Shown one piece after another: positions 38,352 through 48,403 of a stretch of DNA of 64,000 nt (the stretch's first letter is position 1; each line of letters begins with the position of its first letter). The notes beneath the pieces are model-generated. The model saw nothing but the letters and a program-made list of their open reading frames with translations. It was not told where the DNA came from and searched no databases. This DNA is from Acidobacteriota bacterium (GTDB lineage: Bacteria > Acidobacteriota > UBA890 > WLXD01): the NCBI GenBank assembly GCA_963666055.2, contig CAXWPH010000015.1, positions 1,600,001-1,664,000 of the forward strand, read 5' to 3'. The translations under genes were made by a program, and so were the position numbers.

Positions 38352-40643
38352 ATGAAGCCGTACTGGAGACCGGTTTGGCTGGCGGCGGTGATCCTCGCGG
38401 CAACGACGTTGACGACCTCGACGTCGGTAGCGGGAGTCGCCGTCGCGCAGCAGGCTAGCCCGACAGGCTCCGACCACTCCGCAGCGTCAACGACCGGGTT
38501 CCGGTGCGCTTTCGCCGAGACCACCATCACCACCTCGGCGGATCTGCACTGCATGGAGCTGTTTCCAACGTTGCGAGCTGGCGATGCGCGTGGCCTGGTC
38601 GAGCTCGGGCGGGTGCGCTCACCCTTTGGCATCGCGGTAACAGTCGAGGGCCGGCAGCGCTATCGCCTCACCCTGCTCATCGAGGGGCTGCCGGATCCCT
38701 CCGAGCTCGGAGCCGCGGCCTACGTCGCCTGGGTCACTACGCCATGGCTGGATCCGGTGACTCGACTTGGCGAGGTGCGCAACGGGCTCACCGATCTCGG
38801 CGAGGTCGCCCACAACAAGTTCTGGATCTGGATCAGCGCGGAGGTGTCGCCCGACGTCACGACTCGAGACGGAAAGTTGGTCTTGCGCGGCAGATCGCCG
38901 AGCTCGCGCATGAGCCCCGAGGACCTGATCACTCAGGCACCGTTGGCCTTGGTAGCGGCGGACGGCGCCGTTGGACACGGTGGTGACCATGCCGCCGGAA
39001 TGCGCATGAGTGCCCCGGCGCCGCCGATGCACCCGGCTGTACCGATGATTCCGGGTGTGGCCGCGTTGCGCCCGGAGGTTACGCCGTGGCTTCCCCCGGT
39101 AGCGGATCCTGAAGCGGTGCCGCTGGCCATACCAAGCCAGATCGTCCGTTTGGGTGACGGCGGCACGCTCGATCTCGAGGCTGGCCTTGTCCGCCGGCAG
39201 CTGGGCGGTCGCACCTATTTCATGTACGGCTTCAACGGTCAGATACCCGGCCCGCTGATCCATGTTCCGGAGAAGGCGACGATTTTCGTCAACTTCGAGA
39301 ATCAGACCGCCTTGCCGACCGCGATTCACTGGCACGGGGTGCGTCTCGACAACCGCTTCGACGGCGTGCCCGGGGTGACCCAAGACGCCATTCTTCCAGG
39401 CGAGAGCTTCCGGTATCAGGTGTATTTCCGCGACGCGGGAATCTACTGGTACCACCCTCACCACCGCGAGGACATCGCGCAGGACCTGGGGCTGTACGGC
39501 AACATGCTCGTCGACCCGGCAGCGGGCAACGCCTACGGGCCGGTGAACAGCGAACAGGTGCTCATGCTCGACGACCTGCTGCTCGGCGAGCAGGGCTTCG
39601 TACCCTATGGCACCGAGTCGGCCAACTTCATGCTTATGGGGCGGTTCGGCAACATGCTGCTGGTGAACGGCGAGCCACAGTACGAGCTCGAGGCAATGCG
39701 TGGCGAGGTGGTTCGCTTCTTCTTCACCAATGTTGCCAACACGCGTACGTTCAACCTGAGCTTTCGTCCCGAGGGCGGGGCCAGGCCTCTCCCCATGAAG
39801 GTGATCGCCACCGATGTGTCGCGATTCGAGCGCCAGGTGTGGGCCGACAGCCTGGTCATCGCGCCGGCCGAGCGCTATATCGTCGAAGTGCGCTTCGCGG
39901 AGCCTGGTCGCGTACGCATGGTCAATGTGGTTCAAGGAATCAACCACCGCGCCGGCACGTTCTTTACGGAGTCCAAGGAGCTCGGAGTCGTACGAGTGAG
40001 CGACGATCGGGTCGACGTCGACCTCGCCGAGAGTCACGCGATGCTGCGCGTCAACGACGACATCACGACAGAGATCGGAGCTTACCGCGACCACTTCGAT
40101 CGCCCGCCGGATCACCAGCTGGTCCTGCGGCTGGAGGCCGGGGAGCTACCCCTCGTTGTCGATCAGCTGATGGCTCTCGACCGCGTGTACTTCAACCCGG
40201 CGGAGTGGGCCGGGACCATGCCGATGATGAATTGGGTCAGCACCGGCGAGCGGATCCAGTGGTTGCTGGTCGACCCGAATACTGGCAACCGAAACACCGA
40301 CATCGACGACTGGAAGTTCCAGGTCGGCGACGTTGTCAAGATCCGCATCACCAACGACCGGGGCTCGTTTCACGCCATGCAGCATCCGATCCATTTCCAT
40401 GGGCAACGCTTCCTCGTACTGCAACAGGACGGCGTTCCGAACGACAATCTGGCGTGGAAAGACACCGTGCTGCTGCCGGTGGCGTCGACCACCGATCTAC
40501 TATTGGAGCTGTCCAACCCGGGGCGGTGGATGGTGCACTGCCACATCGCCGAGCACCTGGAATCGGGCATGAAGATGGTTTTCACGGTCGACGGCGATGC
40601 CCCGGTGAAACCAACGGCGCAGATCTCGCATGATCCCCACTAG
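38352..40643 (+). CDS. Multicopper oxidase (three-domain) with N-terminal extension
   Basis: All four Cu motifs: IHWHG, WYHPH, HPIHFHG, HCHIAEHLESGM; signal peptide. Confidence 0.93.
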   Translation: MKPYWRPVWLAAVILAATTLTTSTSVAGVAVAQQASPTGSDHSAASTTGFRCAFAETTITTSADLHCMELFPTLRAGDARGLVELGRVRSPFGIAVTVEGRQRYRLTLLIEGLPDPSELGAAAYVAWVTTPWLDPVTRLGEVRNGLTDLGEVAHNKFWIWISAEVSPDVTTRDGKLVLRGRSPSSRMSPEDLITQAPLALVAADGAVGHGGDHAAGMRMSAPAPPMHPAVPMIPGVAALRPEVTPWLPPVADPEAVPLAIPSQIVRLGDGGTLDLEAGLVRRQLGGRTYFMYGFNGQIPGPLIHVPEKATIFVNFENQTALPTAIHWHGVRLDNRFDGVPGVTQDAILPGESFRYQVYFRDAGIYWYHPHHREDIAQDLGLYGNMLVDPAAGNAYGPVNSEQVLMLDDLLLGEQGFVPYGTESANFMLMGRFGNMLLVNGEPQYELEAMRGEVVRFFFTNVANTRTFNLSFRPEGGARPLPMKVIATDVSRFERQVWADSLVIAPAERYIVEVRFAEPGRVRMVNVVQGINHRAGTFFTESKELGVVRVSDDRVDVDLAESHAMLRVNDDITTEIGAYRDHFDRPPDHQLVLRLEAGELPLVVDQLMALDRVYFNPAEWAGTMPMMNWVSTGERIQWLLVDPNTGNRNTDIDDWKFQVGDVVKIRITNDRGSFHAMQHPIHFHGQRFLVLQQDGVPNDNLAWKDTVLLPVASTTDLLLELSNPGRWMVHCHIAEHLESGMKMVFTVDGDAPVKPTAQISHDPH

Positions 40644-40656
40644 CACAGTAGGAGCC

Positions 40657-42066
40657 ATGACCAAGCCACTGCTTGTCGCCATAGCAACCGTCGCTCTTAT
40701 CGCCGCAGCGTCGACGCCCCAGGAGCTCTCGGAGGAAGTGCTCGAATACGTTGCTGTGCGGGCCCCGGAAGTGGCGCTGACCCACGTGCGGGTGGTAGAC
40801 GGCACCGGTGCGCCGGCGATGGAGGATCAAACGATCCTCATCCGTAACGGTCGCATTGCCGCGGTCGGCGACGCCGACTCCATTGATGTGGGATCTGAGG
40901 TCGAGGTGGTGGAGCTGCACGGTCACACGGTGATCCCCGGCCTCGTCGGGCTACATGACCACAGCTACTACACGACATCTCGACGCGCCGTGCAGATGAG
41001 CTTTACCGGACCACGCCTGTACTTGGCCGCCGGGGTGACGACGATTCGCACCACCGGCAGCGAGTATCCGTACGCCGAGATCAACCTCAAGAAGGCGATC
41101 GAGGCGGGACAGGTGCCGGGACCGCGGATGTTCGTAACCGGCCCTTACCTCACCGGTGATCAGGGCTCCATGAACATGGCGCGGCTGTCGGATCCTGAGC
41201 ACGCGCGGCGCGTTGTGAGCTACTGGGCCGAAGAGGGTGTCGACTGGTTCAAGGCCTACACGTGGATCAGCCGCGACGAGCTCGCAGCGGCGATCGACGA
41301 GGCCCACAAGCACGGCATCAAGGTGACCGCTCACCTGTGCTCGGTGAGTTTTCGGGAGGCGGTCGAGGCGGGCATCGACAACATCGAGCACGGTCTTCTG
41401 ACCAACAGCGACTACGACGAGACGCGCTCACCCGACGCCTGCTCCAGCAACCTCATGCAGAGTGTTACGGAGCTCGATCTCTCGAGCGAGGAAGTAGAAA
41501 CTACCTTCAGAGAGATGGTTGCGGCTGGCGTTCCAATGACCACCACACCGGTGGTGTACGAGATGTTCGTCAAGGGTCGCACCGAGCTCGACCCGCGGGC
41601 TCGCGAGGCGCTCGCGCCTGGAGCGCTCGAGGAAGTCGTCGCCGCGGCGGCGCGCATCGAGGAGAGCGGTTCGATCGCGCCCGAGCTGTTCTTGAAGGCG
41701 CTGCAGTACGACTACAAATTCGTCGAATCCGGTGGCGTGCTGGCGGCGGGAGTCGATCCGACCGGCTACGGTGCGGCGCTGCCGGGCTTCGGCGACCAGC
41801 GCAATTTCGAGCTCCTACTCGAGACCGATTTCACCCCAGTTGAAGCGATACAGATCATCAGCGCCAACGGCGCCAAGGTGCTCGGCATTTACGATGAGGT
41901 CGGTTCCGTGGAAGTCGGAAAGCAAGCCGATTTGGTGGTGCTCCATGGCAATCCCGTCGCCGACCCGCGCGACATCCGCAACGTAACGCTGGTCTTCAAG
42001 GAGGGGGTCGGTTACGACGCCGCCAAGCTGATCGAGTCGGTGCGCGGACTGGTCGGCATTCAGTGA
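40657..42066 (+). CDS. Secreted amidohydrolase-family protein
   Basis: PGLVGLHDH, AGVTTIR, FKAY, VTAH, IEHG, GSVEVGKQADLVV; GGAG RBS. Confidence 0.88.
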   Translation: MTKPLLVAIATVALIAAASTPQELSEEVLEYVAVRAPEVALTHVRVVDGTGAPAMEDQTILIRNGRIAAVGDADSIDVGSEVEVVELHGHTVIPGLVGLHDHSYYTTSRRAVQMSFTGPRLYLAAGVTTIRTTGSEYPYAEINLKKAIEAGQVPGPRMFVTGPYLTGDQGSMNMARLSDPEHARRVVSYWAEEGVDWFKAYTWISRDELAAAIDEAHKHGIKVTAHLCSVSFREAVEAGIDNIEHGLLTNSDYDETRSPDACSSNLMQSVTELDLSSEEVETTFREMVAAGVPMTTTPVVYEMFVKGRTELDPRAREALAPGALEEVVAAAARIEESGSIAPELFLKALQYDYKFVESGGVLAAGVDPTGYGAALPGFGDQRNFELLLETDFTPVEAIQIISANGAKVLGIYDEVGSVEVGKQADLVVLHGNPVADPRDIRNVTLVFKEGVGYDAAKLIESVRGLVGIQ

Positions 42067-42170
42067 CGGCCCGTATCACGTTCCTGGTTCGGGCCGGGTT
42101 GCATTCTTCTGGCTGGGCCCGTAGCTTCCGGGCATCGGAAACCAATGTAGCTAGTGGCAGCGGGCTGGCA

Positions 42171-42575
42171 ATGAAACACGCCCACAAGCGCCTCGACAAC
42201 CAGCGGTTTGATCATCGCATTCTGGCGGTGTTCGTAGCTCTGGCAATTCTGACCCTGCTCGCAGCTGCACGAACCACGAGGCACTTGCGCCTGACCGGCA
42301 GCGCCCCCGAGCAGGACGCCGCGCTCGAAGCGTCGCCTGCCGAGATCCGTCTCTGGTTCTCGCTGGAACCGGAGCTGGCGATCAGTCGCATCAGCCTGAG
42401 CTGCCACGATACGGAGAAGCTCGGCGAGCTGCACGCCGGCGACGAGAACTCGCTCTATATCGAAGTCGAGAGCGATCTGGAACCCGGCGGCCACACCGTC
42501 GTTTGGCGCACTTCGAGCGGCGACGGCCACCCGATCCGGGGTACGATACCGTTCAGCACGCCGTTGGCTCGCTGA
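42171..42575 (+). CDS. CopC-family copper-binding protein
   Basis: Signal, then mature H-L-R-L..SAP, P..IRLWFS..PE, VVWRTSSGDGHPIRG. Confidence 0.82.
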   Translation: MKHAHKRLDNQRFDHRILAVFVALAILTLLAAARTTRHLRLTGSAPEQDAALEASPAEIRLWFSLEPELAISRISLSCHDTEKLGELHAGDENSLYIEVESDLEPGGHTVVWRTSSGDGHPIRGTIPFSTPLAR

Positions 42576-42677
42576 GCGAGCCGACGGGCGTCGAGGCCCC
42601 GCGCCATAGCCTGCACGCAAGCCGCAATCTGCAATACACTGGATCTCATCATCCTTGCTCCAAACTGTGAGGCGCCC

Positions 42678-43575
42678 GTGAGTCATCGCCCGTCCCGGAT
42701 CCCTGTTGTCGCCCTTGCGCTCCTCATCGCGGTCTCCGTAGTCACCCCGGCGCCTGTCGCGGCACAGAGCAAGGTGCGCGTTGCGGTGAATGAACTTCGA
42801 CAACAACAGCACGTGGGGCTACTGGGGTGACAGTCTGGGAGCAGCCGCGGCCGACGAGCTTGCCACCCAGTTGGTGCGGTCGGGCCGTTTCACGGTGATC
42901 GAACGCCGAGAGCTCGAGGCGATACTCGCCGAGCAGGACTTCGGCGCTAGCGGACGCGTCAGCGCTTCGTCGGCAGCCCAGATCGGCAAGGTCCTAGGAG
43001 CCCAGCTCATGATAACCGGCTCGATCACGCAGTTCTCGGTGGCGAGCAAGCGTGTCGGCATCGGCGGCATTGGCGGGCGCTTTACCGAGGCGGAGAGCAT
43101 TGTCGACGTGCGCGTGGTGAACACCGTAACCAGCGAGATCTTGGTGGTGGCTGAGGGCAAGGGAAAGAAGCGCCTCGGTGGTATCCACGTCAACAACGTC
43201 AGCTTCGAGCAGGAGTTCGACGTGGGTCTGGCCCAGGCAGCGCTCCGCCCGGCGATCGAGGAGGCGGTTGAGGAGATCGTCGGTCAGGCACAGAGCTTCG
43301 AGGGACTCAAGCCGGTGATGCCGCCGGCCAGCATCGTCGGAACCCGCGGCAGCGACTACTACATCGATCGCGGTCAGAACTTCGGCGTTGCGGTCGGTCA
43401 GCAGTTCGCCGTCATGCGTGTCGTCGACGAGATCAAGGATGCGCAGGGCAACGTGCTCGATCGGATCACCGATCGCGTCGGGCTGCTCGAGGTCACCCGC
43501 GTGCTCGGGCAGTCGGCCGTATGCCGGCTCGTCGAGGGCTCTGCCGCCGAGGGCGATTCGCTAACTGCGCAGTAG
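42678..43575 (+). CDS. CsgG/HfaB-family protein with C-terminal FlgT-like beta domain (apparent +1 frameshift at 42789)
   Basis: GRFTVIERREL..ILAEQD, AAQIGKVLGAQLMITGSITQF, VDVRVVNTVTSEI. The signal peptide and KVRVAV are in another frame from GTG 42678. Confidence 0.75.
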
Positions 43576-43618
43576 TCGACCGCGATTGCTCGGTCGGCGT
43601 CGGTCAGGAGGCTGCCCG

Positions 43619-44587
43619 GTGCGCAGTCAGCTCGCTGTTGCGTTGTTTCTGGTAGCGTGCGTAGGCACGTCGTGCGCCAACCTCCGGGTCGCTGAGCCAC
43701 CAACCGGCGGGCCGGGCGCCACGCGGCCCTCATTCGCGGCCCGCGAGCCTGTCCGCGTCGTCATCATGTGCGCCGTCCAGTCCGAGCTCGAAAAGTTGCT
43801 GGTGGCGTCGCGCATAGACGCCACCCGCGAGCTCGCTGGCCGGACGCACCACGTGGGCAACCTCGAGGGACACCCCGTGGTGCTGTTGCTTGCCGGCGTC
43901 AGCATGGTCAATGCGGCGGCCGCGACGCAGGCGGTCATCGATCACTTCGAGGTGGGAGCGATCATCTTCTCGGGTATCGCCGGCGGAGCGAACCCTGGCT
44001 TGAACATTGGCGATGTGACCGTTCCGGCACGCTGGGGCCAACATCAGGAGATGGTGTTCGCCCGCCATACGCCCGATGGCTGGGATACTGGCGGTCGCGC
44101 CAACGAGTTCACCAACTTTGGCATGATGTTCCCGCGCGGGCAGCTGCTGCCGGGGGCACAGATCGACTCACAACGTGGCGAGCGACGTTTCTGGTTCTCG
44201 GTTGACGAGCGCATGCTGGCGCACGCCCGCGAGCTTGCCGGAGAGTTTGTGCTGAAGCGCTGCGCCGGCTCCGGCGAGTGCCTCGACAAGACGCCGCGTC
44301 TGGTCGTCGGTGGCAACGGCGTGTCGGGGCCGACCTTCCTCGACAATACTGCCTTCCGCGAGTGGATCTGGGACACCTTCGAGGCCGACGCGGTGGATAT
44401 GGAGACGGCCGCCGTGGCTCAGGTGGCGGCACTCAACGGCACGCGATTTCTGGCCTTTCGCTCGCTATCAGACTTGGCCGGGGGCGCAGCGGGAGGTAAC
44501 CAGATTCGAACGTTCAGGCGCCTGGCGGCCGACAACTCTGCCACCGTCCTGCTGCGGTTCTTGCGCCGCTGGCGTGGTGTCGACTAG
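43619..44587 (+). CDS. 5'-methylthioadenosine/SAH nucleosidase (PNP_UDP_1 family), lipoprotein
   Basis: GVSMVNAA, FSGIAGG, GDVTVP, VDMETAAVAQVA, FRSLSDLAGG; AGGAGG RBS; lipobox GTSC. Confidence 0.87.
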   Translation: MRSQLAVALFLVACVGTSCANLRVAEPPTGGPGATRPSFAAREPVRVVIMCAVQSELEKLLVASRIDATRELAGRTHHVGNLEGHPVVLLLAGVSMVNAAAATQAVIDHFEVGAIIFSGIAGGANPGLNIGDVTVPARWGQHQEMVFARHTPDGWDTGGRANEFTNFGMMFPRGQLLPGAQIDSQRGERRFWFSVDERMLAHARELAGEFVLKRCAGSGECLDKTPRLVVGGNGVSGPTFLDNTAFREWIWDTFEADAVDMETAAVAQVAALNGTRFLAFRSLSDLAGGAAGGNQIRTFRRLAADNSATVLLRFLRRWRGVD

Positions 44588-44861
44588 TGGCCTGTAACAG
44601 ATGATCGTTGCAACTCGTGGTGGCGAAATGGGTGCGGATGCCAGGCGCGACGACGAGACGATGTTTGCCCATCGTGGAGGAGGAGCAACGCCGCAGACGG
44701 GCCGATTTCGCCGCCATCCTGCGGACAGATGGGCAGTTGCGGGCGATCTCGGCGTTGCGCCTCGTCGACGATGCCCACTGCATCGCCCTCCTCGCCGCGC
44801 CTTGATCTCACCCGTAAATCCCATCTGCCATATGCAACGATCATCTGTTACAGGCCACTGG
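44584..44861. mobile_element. 278-bp palindromic element (MITE-like) with ~29-bp terminal inverted repeats
   Basis: CTAGTGGCCTGTAACAGATGATCGTTGCA ... TGCAACGATCATCTGTTACAGGCCACTGG; two internal hairpin arms; no credible ORF. Confidence 0.85.
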
Positions 44862-44863
44862 TG

Positions 44864-46033
44864 ATGTCGTCGCCCATCGAGGTGGGCGTGCTGGCGCTCG
44901 CTGTTGCTACATGCCTGGCCTGGGCCGCCTTCGCGATCGATGTGCTCCGCGGACGCGGCACGATGAGCTTCGTGCGCGACATGCCGGTGCCCGACGCTGA
45001 GACGCTGGCTGCCCTGCCGCGCGTCAGCGTTATCGTGCCGGCGCGCAATGAGGTCGAGATGGTTGAGCCCGCCCTGCGCTCCGTACTGAATCTCGACTAC
45101 CCGGATCTGGAGGTCATCGCCGTTGATGATCGGTCTGACGACGGCACCGGCAGTGTGCTCGACGCGATGGCCGCTTCGGATTCGCGGCTGAAGGTGATCC
45201 ACATCACCGATCTGCCAGTGGGTTGGATCGGCAAGAACCACGCGTTGCAGCGCGGCGCGGAGATGGCGTCCGGTGAGCTGCTGCTGTTCACCGATGCCGA
45301 TGTCCTCTTCGAGCCCACCGTGCTGGTGCGCGCCGTCGGCCAACTCGTCGCGCACGGCTACGATCACCTGACCATGCCGGCCGATATCCGCGTTGCGAGC
45401 GCGCCCCTCGAGTTGTTCATGGCCACCTTCGCGCTGCTGTTCAACGGCTACTTCCGACCCTGGCGAGTCAGCGATCCGCGGAGCTCCGCGGCGGTGGGGT
45501 TCGGTAGCTTCAACCTGGTACGACGAGGGGCCTATGAGCATGCCGGAACACACGCGGCGTTGGCGATGGATCCGCTCGACGATATGCGGTTGGGAGTCAA
45601 CCTCAAAGCAAGCGGGGCAACGCCTCACTGCGCCGTCGCTGGTTCTTTTCTGCGCCTCGAGTGGTACCCGAGTTTGGCAGCGGCGTTCCGAGGGCTGGAG
45701 AAGAACACGCTGGGCGCGGTCAACTACTCGGTGCTGTTGCTCGCGGCTGGTGGCCTGGCGCAGACCGTCATGGTGGTGTGGCCGTTTGTCGCCATCTGGG
45801 TGACCGCCGGTGTGACGCGATGGTTGAACGTCACCGCGGTGGCAACGATCGTGGCGATCCAGATAGGCATGCTGAGAGAGACCAGCTTGCGGCTTTGGAC
45901 CGTTCCGTTGCTGCCGTTGGGGGTGCTTCTCGCGCAGGCATGTTTCGCCCGAGCTGCGGCGCTGGCGCTGTGGCGCGGCGGCATCTACTGGCGCGGCACG
46001 TTCTACCGGCTGGATGATCTGAAGGGTGCATGA
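44864..46033 (+). CDS. Family 2 glycosyltransferase, membrane-bound
   Basis: VSVIVPARNE, VDDRSDDGT, GWIGKNHAL, LLFTDAD, LDDMRLG; N- and C-terminal TMs. Confidence 0.9.
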   Translation: MSSPIEVGVLALAVATCLAWAAFAIDVLRGRGTMSFVRDMPVPDAETLAALPRVSVIVPARNEVEMVEPALRSVLNLDYPDLEVIAVDDRSDDGTGSVLDAMAASDSRLKVIHITDLPVGWIGKNHALQRGAEMASGELLLFTDADVLFEPTVLVRAVGQLVAHGYDHLTMPADIRVASAPLELFMATFALLFNGYFRPWRVSDPRSSAAVGFGSFNLVRRGAYEHAGTHAALAMDPLDDMRLGVNLKASGATPHCAVAGSFLRLEWYPSLAAAFRGLEKNTLGAVNYSVLLLAAGGLAQTVMVVWPFVAIWVTAGVTRWLNVTAVATIVAIQIGMLRETSLRLWTVPLLPLGVLLAQACFARAAALALWRGGIYWRGTFYRLDDLKGA

Positions 46034-46102
46034 ACGGCCCGGTCACCCTCTCGGGCGATCCTGGGCCGCGCTGGCTGTCGTAGCGACTGCGCTTGGCGGA
46101 GC

Positions 46103-48157
46103 TTACTCAGGCCCGTCGGCGTCGGCGTCAGCATCGGGCTTCAAACGCACCGCCCACAGACCGGAGTTGTTGTCGGCGAAGAAGATGTGCCCCTTGTGGG
46201 TCATCGTGCCCCAGGTACGGCGCGCGTTGGGCTTGAAGCCCTGTGGGTCGTCGGCCAGGAAATAGCCGATCTCACGTCCCTGCCGGTACAGGTCGCCGAG
46301 CAGCTCACCGGAAATGTCGACGACGCGCAGCCCGGCGTTGTAGTAGGCGATGTAGAGGGTGTCGCCGTCCACCCAGAAGTTGTGGGTGCCGCCGAACGGC
46401 ACCTGGTAGCGGGCCACCTCGCGCGGGTTCTCGAGATCGTCGAAGTCGATGAAGTGGATCCAGCCGGCGGCCTGCACCGGTGGCCCCTCGAAGCGATCCA
46501 GACCCATCGGGTTGCGCTCACGCGGGAAGGCCTCGTCGCCGGCGATGACGTAGAACTTGCCGCTCGAGCTCTTGAAAGGCCAGGCGGCGTGGTTCCAGCC
46601 GCTCGGATACGCGTACCGCGCCATTTCCACAGGGCTCACCGGAGAGCCCCCCATGCCGCCGCCACCGACGTCGACGAGGATCACCCCGTCGTCCCAGTTC
46701 GACGACACCGCAACTCCGTCGATCACCCAGACGTCGTGAATCGATCGGCCTGGCGAGTCGAGCTCGAACCGCCCGACACGATAGGGATTGCGCGGATCCT
46801 CGATGTTGAGGACGTCGTAACGGCGTCCGCCGGACAGGGCGTAGATGTGATCGTCGTGTATGTAGACGTTGTGCACCCCACCGGTCATCTGGTCGTCGTA
46901 CCGCGCTAGCACCTTGACCCCGTCGCGCGGGCTCGAAACGTCGAGGATCACCAGTCCGTTGCGGCGGTCCGAGGCGCCCTCGCGGCTGATCACCGCAATG
47001 CTCCCGTCCTCGGACACCTTGACGTCGTTGACGGTGCGGGCGTCGACCTTGACCATGTCGATGAGCTGAATGTTGCGTGGGTCGGTGACGTCCCAAACGT
47101 AGGCGTGCCCGGCGGCCCCCCACGTCCCGGTGATGGCATAGTCACCGCCGTCTGGGGCCTCCCAGACCCACAGGTCGGAGGTCTTACGATCGGCGACGCG
47201 CCCGTGTCCGACCAGCTCGATATCACGCCGTACGTTGCGCGGTGTCGCCACCACGGTCGTCGATGCCCAGTGCTGGCCGGCCGTCGCCAGGATTGTGTAC
47301 TCACCCGGGAGGTCGGCGACAAAACGCCCGTCAGCCGTAACCAGCCCGGAGGGCGGCTCCCCGAGACCGTGCTGATCGGTGCGGGCGCGGAACGCATACA
47401 CCACCGGCATTTCCGGCACCGGGTTGCCGTCGCCGCCGAGTGGCGTGGCCTCGAGGTGAACCACCTCGCCGGTGCGTACCTCGCTGGCGCTCGATGTCAT
47501 CCGCAGCGACGCCGTGGGATCGGCTGAGACGCGCACCTCGATGCTGTCGCGCACCTCCTCGGCACGCGCTGTGACCATTGCGGTGCCGCGGCCGACGAGC
47601 CGCATCGACCCGACGTGGTCGATCTCGACAACCGAGGTATCGCTGCTCTCGAGCACCGGCGAGATGTCGGTGCGGCTGGTGCCCGACACGTCAGCAGCTT
47701 CGAACTCGGGACGTACGGTGGTGCCGATGTAATAGCGCCCGGGCATGCTGGTGAAGGCGATGGAAGCGAGCGGCGGCACCGGCACGTGTACGGCGACAAC
47801 GGCGCGCAACGCGTCGTCGTCGCGGCGCGGGTCCACATCCGGCGAGCTGGGGACGATGGCCACTACTTCCACATCGCCCGGCTTGTACGCCTCGATCGTG
47901 CCAGCGGGGTTGACGCCGACGCGGCGCCGCGCTCGCGACACATAGACGATCTGTACGTCGTCCAATACGTTGCCGTCGCCGTCGCGCACCACCGCAGTGA
48001 CCTGAGCGGCGCTGCCGACCTCGATCGTGACCTGCTCGGGGTTGACCTCGATACTCGCCGGCGGTGGCGTTGCCTCTTGAGGGTCGGCTTGCATCGACGC
48101 GGTCAACGACAGCAGGGCAACGACCAACAATGGGGCAACACGTGCGGTGCGGTTCAT
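46103..48157 (-). CDS. Secreted Ig-like (Big_2) + LVIVD-repeat beta-propeller protein
   Basis: Signal peptide; SIEVNP..IEVG and LESSDTSVVEID Ig repeats; repeats VWDVTDP, LVILDVSSP, LRVVDISG, several with a His (VHN, IHD, NHA, THN). Confidence 0.75.
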   Translation of the reverse strand: MNRTARVAPLLVVALLSLTASMQADPQEATPPPASIEVNPEQVTIEVGSAAQVTAVVRDGDGNVLDDVQIVYVSRARRRVGVNPAGTIEAYKPGDVEVVAIVPSSPDVDPRRDDDALRAVVAVHVPVPPLASIAFTSMPGRYYIGTTVRPEFEAADVSGTSRTDISPVLESSDTSVVEIDHVGSMRLVGRGTAMVTARAEEVRDSIEVRVSADPTASLRMTSSASEVRTGEVVHLEATPLGGDGNPVPEMPVVYAFRARTDQHGLGEPPSGLVTADGRFVADLPGEYTILATAGQHWASTTVVATPRNVRRDIELVGHGRVADRKTSDLWVWEAPDGGDYAITGTWGAAGHAYVWDVTDPRNIQLIDMVKVDARTVNDVKVSEDGSIAVISREGASDRRNGLVILDVSSPRDGVKVLARYDDQMTGGVHNVYIHDDHIYALSGGRRYDVLNIEDPRNPYRVGRFELDSPGRSIHDVWVIDGVAVSSNWDDGVILVDVGGGGMGGSPVSPVEMARYAYPSGWNHAAWPFKSSSGKFYVIAGDEAFPRERNPMGLDRFEGPPVQAAGWIHFIDFDDLENPREVARYQVPFGGTHNFWVDGDTLYIAYYNAGLRVVDISGELLGDLYRQGREIGYFLADDPQGFKPNARRTWGTMTHKGHIFFADNNSGLWAVRLKPDADADADGPE

Positions 48158-48403
48158 TGCTCGATCCGGGTTGGGACGGAAGGGGGCAATCGATGCCTAG
48201 ACTCTGCCATGCGCGATCGCCAAAGTCGCGACCTGTCGGGATGTCGCCGGCGTGCCTGACGGCGGTCGTGTAAAGAAGCGTCAAGACCAGGAAAAGAACG
48301 TGCGAGGCAGCGTTTTTTGCGTTGTTCGGCGGTCGGTCGATCGCTACAGTGAATTGGACGCACGCGCGCCGCTCCAGGTCGCCGTCCGCCCCTGTCAGAG
48401 GCC

